Origin: Omnitrophica bacterium RIFCSPHIGHO2_02_FULL_51_18
Lineage (GTDB): Bacteria; Omnitrophota; Gorgyraeia; 2-02-FULL-51-18
Reading direction: 5' to 3'
Length of the DNA: 44,894 nt
Assembly: GCA_001804125.1 (NCBI GenBank)
Contig: MHFI01000064.1
Coordinates: 13,020 to 57,913 of the forward strand
Below the pieces are notes generated by a model. The model worked only from the letters and a program-made list of their open reading frames with translations, was not told the DNA's origin and made no database searches. Of this stretch, positions 36,420-44,894 are shown piece by piece. Every line of letters starts with the position of its first letter. The first letter of the stretch is position 1. The position numbers were made by a program, and so were the translations under genes.

Positions 36420-37967
36420 ATGACTGAATCCAACGATCTTCTCAGTGAACGTCGAAAAAAGTTCGAGACCCTTAAGTCCATGGGGGTGGACCCGTTTGGG
36501 GGCAAGTTCTTCAAACAGGCGCTGATCGGCCCCCTTGTTCAGGGTTATGAAGAACACAAAAAAGTCAGCACCGCCGGCCGCCTTTCTTCGATCCGCGTGA
36601 TGGGCAAGACCACCTTTTGTGACTTAAAGGATGAGAGCGGGCGCATCCAGCTGTATGTGAAGCATGAGCACCTGGGCCCTGAGGGGCTTAAAGTGTTCGA
36701 ATGCCTGGATCTGGGCGATATCATCGGCGTGGAGGGAGAGCTTTTCAAGACAAAAACCGGTGAAATATCCATCCGTGCCGGCAAAATAACGCTGCTGGCC
36801 AAAAGCCTCCGGCCGATGCCTGAAAAATGGCACGGCCTGAAGGATGTTGAACAGCGTTACCGTCAGCGCTATCTCGATCTCATTTCCAACGATAGGGCGA
36901 AGGATATTTTTAAGAAGCGTGCGCTCGTCGTCCGCTCGGTGCGCCGGATTCTGGATGAAAAAGGGTATCTTGAAGTGGAAACGCCGATGATGCACTCGAT
37001 TCCGGGGGGTGCTGCCGGCAAGCCGTTTAAGACCCATCACGAGGCGCTCAATATGCCTTTGTATTTGCGCGTGGCGCCGGAGCTTTACCTTAAAAAATTA
37101 TTGGTCGGCGGGTTTGATAAGGTCTATGAAATCAATAAAAGCTTCCGCAACGAGGGCATTTCCACGCGCCACAACCCGGAATTCACGATGCTTGAAGTTT
37201 ACACGGCCTACGACGATGTGAATGATGTGATGAATCTGACCGAGGAAATTATCCGCAAAGCGGCCGAAGAAACGCTGGGGTCGCTGAAAGTGCCGTTCGG
37301 CGATAAGCTGATTGATTTGTCGGAATGGAAACGTGTATCGTTTGCAAAATTCATGAAAGATATTTTTGGCATCAATCCTGAGGACCCGGAGGAAGTTTGG
37401 ATAGAAAAAATGGGAAGGAAGGGCCATAAGATCGAGTCCGGAAACGGACGGGAGATTTCAAGAACCCAGCTCATCAATATCGTGGGAGAGCTTGTGGAGC
37501 CGGGCACTTCAGAATCCAAAAAAGGAACGCCTATATTTGTGACGGACTATTTCACCGAGCTTTGCCCGTTGGCGAAGAAGAATAAAAATAATCCTTTTTT
37601 GAGCGACCGCTTTGAGCTTTATATCGGCGGCATGGAAATTGCAAATGGCTATTCGGAGCTTAACGATCCGATCGACCAACGCGAGCGCCTGGTGCGCGAA
37701 TTGAAGGAAAAGGGCAAAGAGAGTACTTTTGAAGCGCTTGACGAGGATTTTATTCTGGCGCTTGAGCACGGCATGCCGCCGGCCGGAGGCCTCGGAATAG
37801 GCATCGACCGGCTCGTGATGATTCTCACGGGACAGTCGTCGATTCGGGAAGTCATTCTCTTCCCGCAAATGAAGGAAGACCGTCATTCTGAATCCTTCGA
37901 TCGTCATCCTGAGCGAAGCGAAGGATCTCAAAAACGAGATCCTTCGTCGCAAGGCTCCTCAGGATGA
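36420..37967 (+). CDS. lysS: Lysine--tRNA ligase (class II)
   Basis: RYRQRYLDL, VETPMM, FRNEGISTRHNPEF, SELNDP, GLGIGIDRL. Confidence 0.98.
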   Translation: MTESNDLLSERRKKFETLKSMGVDPFGGKFFKQALIGPLVQGYEEHKKVSTAGRLSSIRVMGKTTFCDLKDESGRIQLYVKHEHLGPEGLKVFECLDLGDIIGVEGELFKTKTGEISIRAGKITLLAKSLRPMPEKWHGLKDVEQRYRQRYLDLISNDRAKDIFKKRALVVRSVRRILDEKGYLEVETPMMHSIPGGAAGKPFKTHHEALNMPLYLRVAPELYLKKLLVGGFDKVYEINKSFRNEGISTRHNPEFTMLEVYTAYDDVNDVMNLTEEIIRKAAEETLGSLKVPFGDKLIDLSEWKRVSFAKFMKDIFGINPEDPEEVWIEKMGRKGHKIESGNGREISRTQLINIVGELVEPGTSESKKGTPIFVTDYFTELCPLAKKNKNNPFLSDRFELYIGGMEIANGYSELNDPIDQRERLVRELKEKGKESTFEALDEDFILALEHGMPPAGGLGIGIDRLVMILTGQSSIREVILFPQMKEDRHSESFDRHPERSEGSQKRDPSSQGSSG

Positions 37968-37969
37968 CG
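37881..37969. repeat. REP-like nested palindrome forming the 3' end of lysS
   Basis: CGTCATCCTGAG (37902-37913)/CTCAGGATGACG (37958-37969), inner CGAAGGATCTC/GAGATCCTTCG; preceded by partial copy CGTCATTCTGA. Confidence 0.85.
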
Positions 37970-37977
37970 CATAGCCT

Positions 37978-39159
37978 ATGAGCTACGAGTGGTGGGTTGC
38001 CAAACGCTATCTCTGGTCGAAGCGCCGACATCCTTTCGTGGGGGTGACGAGCACGATTTCCGTTTTGGGGATCGGGGTCGGCGTGGCCGCGCTCATCGTG
38101 GTGCTGGCGGTCATGAATGGCTTTGATGGGGAGCTTAAGGACAGGATCATCGGCACGCGCGCGCATTTGGTGATTGAGAAAGAGGAAGCGTTCAATCATT
38201 ACGCGGGGCTCCTCGAATCGCTTTCTAAGCTCAAAGGCATTGCGGGCGCTTCGCCGTTTGTGGAAGGCCAGGCGCTGATCCAGAAAGACGAGTGGGGCAC
38301 CGGAGTTTTGGTGCGTGGCATCGATTCTAGGACAGAAAAATCGGTCTCTAAATTTTATCAGTATCTGAAAGACGGCACGTTGTCCGGCCGGGAGAAATTT
38401 GCGGTCGTGGGCTCCGAGCTCGCGCGGCGTTTTAATCTGAAGATCGGGTCCCAATTCCTGGTGTTGTCGCAGACGGCGAAAAAACCGGCCGTTTACACGG
38501 TAGAAGGGGTTTTTTCCTCGGGTCTTTATGAGTACGACGCGAACCTTTTGTTTCTGAATCTGAAAGACGCGCAGGAGCTTTTTGACATGAAAGAGGCGGT
38601 GTCGGGAGTGAGTGTGGCGTTGAGCGACGCCGGCGCGGCCGATTTTTTCAAGAGGGGCATTCAGGATAAATTGAAATACCCGTACGTGGTGCGTACCTGG
38701 ATGGACATGAATAAAACGCTTTTTGGGGCTTTGAAGCTGGAAAAGATCGTGATGTTCCTGATTCTGGCGCTGATCATTCTTGTCGCGTGCCTCAATATCG
38801 CCGGAAGCCTCACGATGCTTGTGATGGACAAGACAAAGGACATCGGGGTTTTAAGGGCGCTGGGAGCGACCCGTTTCAGCATTTTAAAGATATTTGCGCT
38901 GGACGGCCTCTGGATGGGCTTTTTCGGCGCCGGCGCGGGTTTCCTGGCAGGCACGGCGCTTTGCGTGATTTTGGCCCATACGCCGCTGGTGGATCTGCCG
39001 AAAGAAATCTATTATGTGAGCCGGCTTCCGATCAAGGCGAACCCCGTCGATGTGGCGCTCGTGCTTTCGGTGGCGGTTGCGCTTAGTTTTGTTTCTTCGC
39101 TCTATCCGGCTGTGACGGCCGGGAGGCTGACGCCGGCTCAGGCGCTTCGCCATGAGTGA
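37978..39159 (+). CDS. lolE: Lipoprotein-releasing ABC permease LolC/E family
   Basis: GVAALIVVLAVMNGF, VACLNI, DIGVLRALGA, LYPA..A..LTPAQALR. Confidence 0.88.
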   Translation: MSYEWWVAKRYLWSKRRHPFVGVTSTISVLGIGVGVAALIVVLAVMNGFDGELKDRIIGTRAHLVIEKEEAFNHYAGLLESLSKLKGIAGASPFVEGQALIQKDEWGTGVLVRGIDSRTEKSVSKFYQYLKDGTLSGREKFAVVGSELARRFNLKIGSQFLVLSQTAKKPAVYTVEGVFSSGLYEYDANLLFLNLKDAQELFDMKEAVSGVSVALSDAGAADFFKRGIQDKLKYPYVVRTWMDMNKTLFGALKLEKIVMFLILALIILVACLNIAGSLTMLVMDKTKDIGVLRALGATRFSILKIFALDGLWMGFFGAGAGFLAGTALCVILAHTPLVDLPKEIYYVSRLPIKANPVDVALVLSVAVALSFVSSLYPAVTAGRLTPAQALRHE

Positions 39160-39895
39160 GATAATGGAGAAAGTCCAGGCGGCTGTTTTGGAGCGCGAGA
39201 ATTTGAGTGCGGTCGGCCTCGAAGCGATAGGGCTGCGGAAGGTCTATTCGGACGGCCAGCGCGAGCTTCAAATCTTTAATAATTTATCGCTCAAAATCCG
39301 GAAAGGCGAGGGAGTCGCCATTTTGGGTCCCTCAGGCTCGGGCAAGACGACGCTTTTGAATCTTCTATCCGGATTAGACGAGCCCAGTTCCGGTCAGGTT
39401 TTTTTGGACGGGGTCTCCATCCATGAGTCAAATCCGAGGGACAAGGCGCGTTTTATCAATAGAAATATCGGTTTTATTTTTCAGTTTTATCACCTGCTTC
39501 CGGAATTTACAGCGCTTGAAAATGTGATGCTGCCGGTTCTCGTGAGCAGGGAAAGCTCGAAAATCCCCGAAGCGCGTAAGAAAGCCGAGGCGCTCTTGGA
39601 GCAGGTAGGCCTGAAGGACCGCATGAAACATTTTCCGAGCGAGCTCTCGGGCGGCGAACAGCAACGCGTCGCTATCGCACGTGCACTCATCCATGATCCA
39701 AAGTTCCTGTTCTGCGATGAGCCGACGGGAAACCTGGACATTCGCAGAGGTGAGGAAATTGCCGAGCTTTTGAAGAGGCTCTTTTCGGAACAACGCAAGA
39801 CCGTATTGATAGTGACGCACGATGAGAGAATTGCTAAAATGGCACATCGTGTTTGGAACATAGTAAAGCAGGATTGGGAAGGGAAAAGCGTATGA
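39152..39895 (+). CDS. lolD: Lipoprotein-releasing ABC ATPase LolD
   Basis: GPSGSGKT, GFIFQFYHLLPEFTALENV, LSGGEQQR, DEPTGNLD. Confidence 0.9.
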   Translation: MSEIMEKVQAAVLERENLSAVGLEAIGLRKVYSDGQRELQIFNNLSLKIRKGEGVAILGPSGSGKTTLLNLLSGLDEPSSGQVFLDGVSIHESNPRDKARFINRNIGFIFQFYHLLPEFTALENVMLPVLVSRESSKIPEARKKAEALLEQVGLKDRMKHFPSELSGGEQQRVAIARALIHDPKFLFCDEPTGNLDIRRGEEIAELLKRLFSEQRKTVLIVTHDERIAKMAHRVWNIVKQDWEGKSV

Positions 39896-40770
39896 GCAGT
39901 AAGATTTTTTTAAACAACCGCCTGGTGGATAAAGCCGATGCGACGATCAGCGTGTTCGATCACGGCCTTTTATACGGAGACGGCGTGTTCGAGGGGATCC
40001 GCTCCTATGGCGGACTTGTGTTTAAGCTTCGCGAGCACTTGGATCGCCTGTTTGAATCGGCGCATACGCTGATGCTTGAGATCCCGATGACCAAAGAGCG
40101 CCTTGAAAAAGCAGTGGTCCAGACCTTGAAAGCCAACCGCTTGAAAGACGCCTATATCCGGCTTGTCGTGACACGCGGCGTGGGCGATCTGGGGCTTGAT
40201 CCGCGAAAATGCCGCCAACCGATGCTTTTTATCATCGCCGATGAAATCATGCTTTATCCGAGGGCGTATTATGAAAAAGGGCTTCAAATTGCCACCGTGC
40301 CCACGGTGCGAAATCATCCGGAGGCTTTGAACCCGCAGCTTAAGACGCTCAACTATCTCAACAATATTTTGGCCAAAATTGAGGCGACAAACGCCGGTGT
40401 GGACGAAGCGATCCTGTTGAACAGCCAGGGCTATGTAACCGAGTGCACCGGCGAAAATATTTTTTATGTGCGGGGGAAATGCATCGCGACCCCTCCGCCG
40501 TATGTCGGCATCTTACGGGGGATCACCCGCAGTGTCGTGATGCGCATCGCCAAAGAGCTTGGTTTTAGCGTTGAAGAAGACGTCTTTACGCGCCATGAGC
40601 TTTACACCGCGGACGAAGTTTTCCTGACGGGCACCGCCGCTGAAATCGTGCCGGTGGTCAAGATTGATAACCGGCAAATCGGCAGCGGAAAACCGGGCAA
40701 GACCACGCGGTTGCTGACAAAGGAATTCAAAAAGCTGACACCCAAGGAAGGCGTGAAGTATGACTTGTGA
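39892..40770 (+). CDS. ilvE: Branched-chain amino acid aminotransferase
   Basis: DHGLLYGDGVFEGIR, KTLNYL, ECTGENIF, LRGITR, GTAAE; ATG 39892. Confidence 0.95.
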   Translation: MSSKIFLNNRLVDKADATISVFDHGLLYGDGVFEGIRSYGGLVFKLREHLDRLFESAHTLMLEIPMTKERLEKAVVQTLKANRLKDAYIRLVVTRGVGDLGLDPRKCRQPMLFIIADEIMLYPRAYYEKGLQIATVPTVRNHPEALNPQLKTLNYLNNILAKIEATNAGVDEAILLNSQGYVTECTGENIFYVRGKCIATPPPYVGILRGITRSVVMRIAKELGFSVEEDVFTRHELYTADEVFLTGTAAEIVPVVKIDNRQIGSGKPGKTTRLLTKEFKKLTPKEGVKYDL

Positions 40771-41287
40771 CGAATGCGGCAAAAATAAGGCCACCGTGCA
40801 TCTGACGGAAATCATCAACGATCAGATCACGAAGCTCAATTTGTGCGAGATCTGCGCGAAGGAAAAAGGTTCGGATGTCGAGCAGCATTTCGGCATCGGG
40901 GACCTTTTGTCGGCGTTGTCCGATACGCATGCCCCCTCGCAGGGTGTCGATGCGCCTGCGATGAAAGGCCGCTGCCATCATTGCGGTCTCACCTATGACG
41001 ATTTTAAAAAGATCGGGCGTCTGGGTTGCAGCGAATGTTACGTTGCGTTTAAACCGAGCCTGGTGCCGCTTCTTAAAAAGATCCACGGATCGAACCAACA
41101 CCTCGGAAAATCGCTGAATCCCCAGTTTTTGAGCGACCAGAAGGTTTCCTCGAAGCTTCATGAAGAACTTGAAATGGCCAAGCAAAACCTTCTGAAAGCG
41201 GTCAAAGGGGAAGAGTTTGAAGAGGCGGCGTCACTGCGCGATAAAGTCAAATTCTTGGAAAAGAAAATCAGGGAGAATAAAGCGTGA
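40760..41287 (+). CDS. mcsA: Arginine kinase activator McsA
   Basis: Four CxxC motifs, GRLGCSECY, IHGSNQHLGK, C-terminal UVR (EEFEEAASLRD). Confidence 0.93.
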   Translation: MTCDECGKNKATVHLTEIINDQITKLNLCEICAKEKGSDVEQHFGIGDLLSALSDTHAPSQGVDAPAMKGRCHHCGLTYDDFKKIGRLGCSECYVAFKPSLVPLLKKIHGSNQHLGKSLNPQFLSDQKVSSKLHEELEMAKQNLLKAVKGEEFEEAASLRDKVKFLEKKIRENKA

Positions 41288-41436
41288 CCCCACCACCTCT
41301 TTCAGCGCCCCACCACCTGTTTGTCCGATTGCTTTGCAATCGGTTCGCAAAGCGAACCAAACAAGTGGTGGGGCGCCCCATTCGCTTCAAGGCGAATGGG
41401 TTTGTTCTTCGAACAAAGAAAGAGGTGGTGGGGTGA
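41284..41436. mobile_element. MITE-like multi-hairpin insertion at the mcsA/mcsB junction
   Basis: Perfect 17-bp terminal IR (41287-41303/41418-41434), nested hairpins, GTGA repeated at both ends. Confidence 0.65.
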
Positions 41437-42491
41437 GCGTCAAAGTAGACGTGCTGCTCAAACAAACCTGTGAATGGCTGAGAGGCACGGGGCCTAATTC
41501 CGATATTGTTTTGAGTTCCCGCGTGCGGTTGGCGCGGAATCTTGAGAAAGTCGCGTTCCCTCACTGGGCGACGAAGAAGCAGGAAAAGGAGACGCTTGAA
41601 ACTCTGGAGGAGGCCGTGCGTCACATCGACCTCCTGAAGGGGAGCCTGTTTGTGCATATGGCCGAGATCGACGATGTCGACAAGCAATTTCTTCTGGAGA
41701 GGCATCTCGTCAGTCGTGAGCACATGATGCAACCCGATTCGAAGGCCGTCGTGGTGGGTGACAAGGAAGTCGTGAGCCTCATGATCAATGAAGAGGACCA
41801 CGTGAGAATCCAGGTGATCCAGTCCGGCTTTAATTTGCAGGAATGCTGGCGCACGGCCAATCGTCTGGACGACGCGCTGCTCAAAAAGGTCAAGTTCGCG
41901 TTTCATCCGGAGTGGGGGTATCTGACGACTTGCCCGACGAATACTGGCACGGGTTTGCGCGCCTCCGTGATGCTGCACTTGCCGGCGCTGGTGATGACGA
42001 AGCAGATTTCGCGCGTGATCCAAGCGATTTCAAAGCTCGGCATGACCGCGCGTGGGCTTTACGGCGAGGGCACGGAGGCCGAAGGAAACTTTTTCCAGAT
42101 TTCCAATCAAGTCACGATGGGCTCGGTCGAGGAGGACACGATCGACAACCTCGAACGCATCATCCGTCAGGTGATCGGGCATGAAGAAAATGCGCGCAAG
42201 ACCCTGATGAAACAAAACCGAGAAGTAGTTCAAGACAAGATCTGCCGTGCGAACGGCACATTGAAGAGCGCGCATATCATCAGCACGAAGGAAATGATGG
42301 GGCTGATCTCCATGGTGAGGCTCGGCGTGGATATGGGCATCATTCCCGACATTGACCGCCGCGCCGTGAATGAACTCTTTATCCTGACACAACCGGCCCA
42401 TTTGCAGAAAATCGAAGGAAAGATGCTGAGCTCGACCCAGCGCGATGTGAAGCGGGCCAATTTGATACGCCGGCGTTTGGAGGGTCGATAA
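41433..42491 (+). CDS. mcsB: Protein arginine kinase McsB
   Basis: SSRVRLARN, LERHLVS, NEEDH, CPTNTGTGLRASV, RGLYGEG; GTG 41433 with SD GAGGTG preferred. Confidence 0.95.
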   Translation: MSVKVDVLLKQTCEWLRGTGPNSDIVLSSRVRLARNLEKVAFPHWATKKQEKETLETLEEAVRHIDLLKGSLFVHMAEIDDVDKQFLLERHLVSREHMMQPDSKAVVVGDKEVVSLMINEEDHVRIQVIQSGFNLQECWRTANRLDDALLKKVKFAFHPEWGYLTTCPTNTGTGLRASVMLHLPALVMTKQISRVIQAISKLGMTARGLYGEGTEAEGNFFQISNQVTMGSVEEDTIDNLERIIRQVIGHEENARKTLMKQNREVVQDKICRANGTLKSAHIISTKEMMGLISMVRLGVDMGIIPDIDRRAVNELFILTQPAHLQKIEGKMLSSTQRDVKRANLIRRRLEGR

Positions 42492-42498
42492 TGCCGAC

Positions 42499-42551
42499 TG
42501 TCATCTCTCGCGAAGTTTATCCCGAACGAAGTCGAGGGGCTCGAAATGACA
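42499..42551. repeat. Degenerate REP-like element (TGTCAT...ATGACA)
   Basis: Terminal TGTCAT/ATGACA and internal CGAACGAAGTCGAGG resembling the lysS element. Confidence 0.5.
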
Positions 42552-42625
42552 AAGCTTGCTATTCAGTATTTAAGTAGTTAATGTTATGGTGAAAGAGTCG
42601 AAGGATTTGACAGGGGGCGTCTTTC

Positions 42626-44894
42626 ATGTTCAATAAATTTACGGAGCGGGCAAGAAAAGTGATTCTCTTGGCCAAGCAGGAAGCCAAGCGCTTTAACCAT
42701 GATTATATCGGCACCGAGCACATTCTGTTAGGGCTTTTGCGGGAGGGGGAGGGTGTGGCCGCCGCGGTGCTGCAGAGCCTGGGCATGAACCTCAACAATA
42801 TCCGCCTCGAAGTTGAAAAACTCGTGCAGCTTGGGCCCACGACCGTGGTGTCCGGCGATCTCCCGTTTACTCCCAAAGCGAAAAAAGTCATGGAAATTGC
42901 GATGGAAGAGGCGCGCAACCTCGGGCACAACTACATCGGCACCGAGCATCTTCTTTTGGGCCTGATCCGTGAGGGCGAAGGGGTCGCCAGCCAAGTGTTC
43001 ATGAACATGGGACTTGACCTTGAGAAAGTGCGTGAAGAGGTGATCAAGCTTCTCGGGTCCACGACACCCGGTTCCCAGTATGGCCCGACCCCCGCTCAGG
43101 GCTCCTCAGGCTCCTCAGGCTCTTCAACCACCAAGACCAAGACGCCGGCGCTGGATGCTTTCGGACGCGATCTTACAAAACTTGCCCGCGAAGGGAAACT
43201 GGATCCGGTGATCGGCCGTGATGAGGAGATTGACCGCGTGATGCAGACACTCTCCCGCCGCCGCAAGAACAACCCGGTGCTTCTCGGAGAGGCGGGCGTC
43301 GGTAAGTCGGCCATTGTGGAAGGGCTTGCGCAGAAAATCGTGAGCGGCGACGTGCCGGAACTTTTAAAAAACCGCCGCTTGATCACGCTGGACTTGGCGC
43401 TCATGGTGGCCGGCACCAAGTATCGCGGCCAGTTCGAAGAGCGGCTCAAGGCCGTGGTGAGGGAGATCCAGCAGGCCAACAACATCATCATGTTCATTGA
43501 CGAGCTGCATACGCTGGTGGGGGCGGGGGCGGCCGAGGGGGCCATCGACGCCAGCAACATGCTGAAGCCGGCCCTGGCCCGCGGCGAGCTCCAGTGCATC
43601 GGCGCCACCACCATGGACGAGTACCGGAAGTACATCGAGAAGGATCGCGCCCTGGAGCGGCGGTTCCAGGCCATCCACGTGGGACCGCCCAGCGTGGATG
43701 AGACGATCCGGATCCTGCGGGAGATCAAGGACCGTTACGAGACCCACCACCAGGCCATCATCACCGACGAGGCGGTGGTCGCGGCCGCGCGCCTGAGCCA
43801 GCGGTATATCGCCGACCGCTTCCTGCCCGACAAGGCCATCGACGTGATCGACGAGGCCGGGGCCCGCGCCCGGCTGAAGGCGATGGTTCTGCCTCCCGAG
43901 CTGCGGGAGATGGAGAACGAGGTCGAGCGCCTTCGCGCCCAGAAGGAGGACGCCATCCGGACCCAGGCCTTCGAGGTGGCCGCCCGCCTGCGCGACGCGG
44001 AGCGGAAGCTCCGGACCGAGTTGGACGAGCGCAAGGCCAACTGGAAGGACCAGCGGGCCAAGTCCAAGACGGTCGTCAATGAGGACGACATCGCCTACGT
44101 GGTGGCCAAGTGGACCGGGATCCCCCTCCAGCAGCTCGAGGAGGCGGAGTCGGCCAAGCTGCTGCACATCGAAGAGGACCTGGCCAGGCGCGTGGTGGGG
44201 CAGGAGGAGGCCATCAAGGCCGTGGCCCGGGCCATCCGCCGGTCCCGGGCCGGGGTGAAGAATCCCAACCGTCCGGTGGGCTCGTTCATCTTCCTGGGAC
44301 CCACGGGCGTGGGCAAGACGGAGCTGGCCCGGGCGCTGGCGGAGTTCCTGTTCGGGACCGAGGACGCCCTGGTCCGAGTGGACATGTCGGAGTACATGGA
44401 GCGCTTCTCCACGTCCCGGTTGATCGGTGCCCCGCCCGGCTACATCGGCTACGATGACTCCGGCCAGCTCACCGAGAAGGTACGCCGCCGCCCCTTCTCG
44501 CTGGTCCTGCTGGACGAGATCGAGAAGGCGCACCCGGACGTCTTCAACCTGCTGCTCCAGATCCTGGAGGACGGGCGCCTGACCGACAACTACGGGCGGG
44601 TGGTGGACTTCCGGAACACGATCCTCATCATGACCTCCAACCTCGGCACCCGGCAATTCACGCTGCACACGAACCTGGGGTTCGCCAAGGGGGGGGACGA
44701 GGCCCACTCGTACGAGAAGATGAAGGAGACGGTCACCAACGAGCTGAAGCGGGCCTTCAACCCGGAGATGCTGAATCGCATTGACGAGGTGATCATCTTC
44801 CACCCGCTGACCAAGGACCACATGCGGCAAATCGTGGACCTGATGCTGCACCGGCTGGAGCAACAGCTCAAGGAGAAGCGGATGAGCCTCCAGG
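42626..44894 (+). CDS. clpC: ATP-dependent Clp protease ATPase ClpC (runs off window; absent from ORF track)
   Basis: [12 protein letters not shown], two Clp-N GTEH repeats, Walker [39 protein letters not shown], second Walker [21 protein letters not shown]. Confidence 0.97.
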   Translation, partial: MFNKFTERARKVILLAKQEAKRFNHDYIGTEHILLGLLREGEGVAAAVLQSLGMNLNNIRLEVEKLVQLGPTTVVSGDLPFTPKAKKVMEIAMEEARNLGHNYIGTEHLLLGLIREGEGVASQVFMNMGLDLEKVREEVIKLLGSTTPGSQYGPTPAQGSSGSSGSSTTKTKTPALDAFGRDLTKLAREGKLDPVIGRDEEIDRVMQTLSRRRKNNPVLLGEAGVGKSAIVEGLAQKIVSGDVPELLKNRRLITLDLALMVAGTKYRGQFEERLKAVVREIQQANNIIMFIDELHTLVGAGAAEGAIDASNMLKPALARGELQCIGATTMDEYRKYIEKDRALERRFQAIHVGPPSVDETIRILREIKDRYETHHQAIITDEAVVAAARLSQRYIADRFLPDKAIDVIDEAGARARLKAMVLPPELREMENEVERLRAQKEDAIRTQAFEVAARLRDAERKLRTELDERKANWKDQRAKSKTVVNEDDIAYVVAKWTGIPLQQLEEAESAKLLHIEEDLARRVVGQEEAIKAVARAIRRSRAGVKNPNRPVGSFIFLGPTGVGKTELARALAEFLFGTEDALVRVDMSEYMERFSTSRLIGAPPGYIGYDDSGQLTEKVRRRPFSLVLLDEIEKAHPDVFNLLLQILEDGRLTDNYGRVVDFRNTILIMTSNLGTRQFTLHTNLGFAKGGDEAHSYEKMKETVTNELKRAFNPEMLNRIDEVIIFHPLTKDHMRQIVDLMLHRLEQQLKEKRMSLQ
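43095..43127 (+). repeat. 9-bp tandem repeat encoding Gly-Ser-Ser linker of ClpC
   Basis: GGCTCCTCA GGCTCCTCA GGCTCTTCA. Confidence 0.7.

Noticed and set aside
41217-41432. N-terminal extension of McsB in the ORF track
   Set aside because: Overlaps mcsA and translates the palindromic element; GTG 41433 has an SD and gives normal McsB length.
41287-41434. Possible CRISPR array or tRNA
   Set aside because: Repeats are inverted/nested, not direct repeats with spacers; no cas genes; no T-loop/anticodon cloverleaf consensus.
5118-42460. Numerous 60-250 aa minus-strand and alternate-frame ORFs
   Set aside because: All overlap well-supported housekeeping genes and show no motifs; rpsT is the only supported minus-strand gene.
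43364-44863. 499-aa minus-strand ORF (and 43096..43728)
   Set aside because: Antisense shadow of clpC caused by high GC3; the plus strand carries all ClpC motifs.

Overview
Housekeeping-rich bacterial chromosome segment, almost all on the + strand. Gene order (murC-murB fusion, bamD-lptE-holA-rpsT-murJ, ilvE-mcsA-mcsB-clpC) suggests a diderm PVC-superphylum organism, possibly Candidatus Omnitrophota (inference). In order: 3' half of RNase P RNA; a TPR/PDZ plus HAMP gene pair; a dcw cluster (mraZ-rsmH-ftsL-ftsI-murE-murF-mraY-murD-ftsW-murG-murC::murB-ddl-ftsQ-ftsA-like) that lacks ftsZ and runs straight into ribBA-ribH-nusB-ribD-ribE; bamD-lptE-holA, rpsT(-), murJ-uvrC; a small accessory block (thpR, nnrE, cupin, CW-motif, CxxC-x17-CxxC); frameshifted prfB, secA, lnt, lysS, lolC/E-lolD, ilvE, mcsA-mcsB and a 3'-truncated clpC. 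Top observations: (1) the FtsA homolog appears to lack subdomain 2B (the FtsZ-tail docking site) and has degenerate ATP motifs, with ftsZ missing from its usual slot, a candidate FtsZ-less or rewired divisome; (2) several unrelated palindromic mini-elements are embedded in essential genes or gene junctions (RNase P P19, rsmH, murJ/uvrC, lysS, mcsA/mcsB); (3) an abrupt composition switch inside clpC suggests a chimeric assembly or recombination. All calls are by-eye motif recognition; no searches were run.
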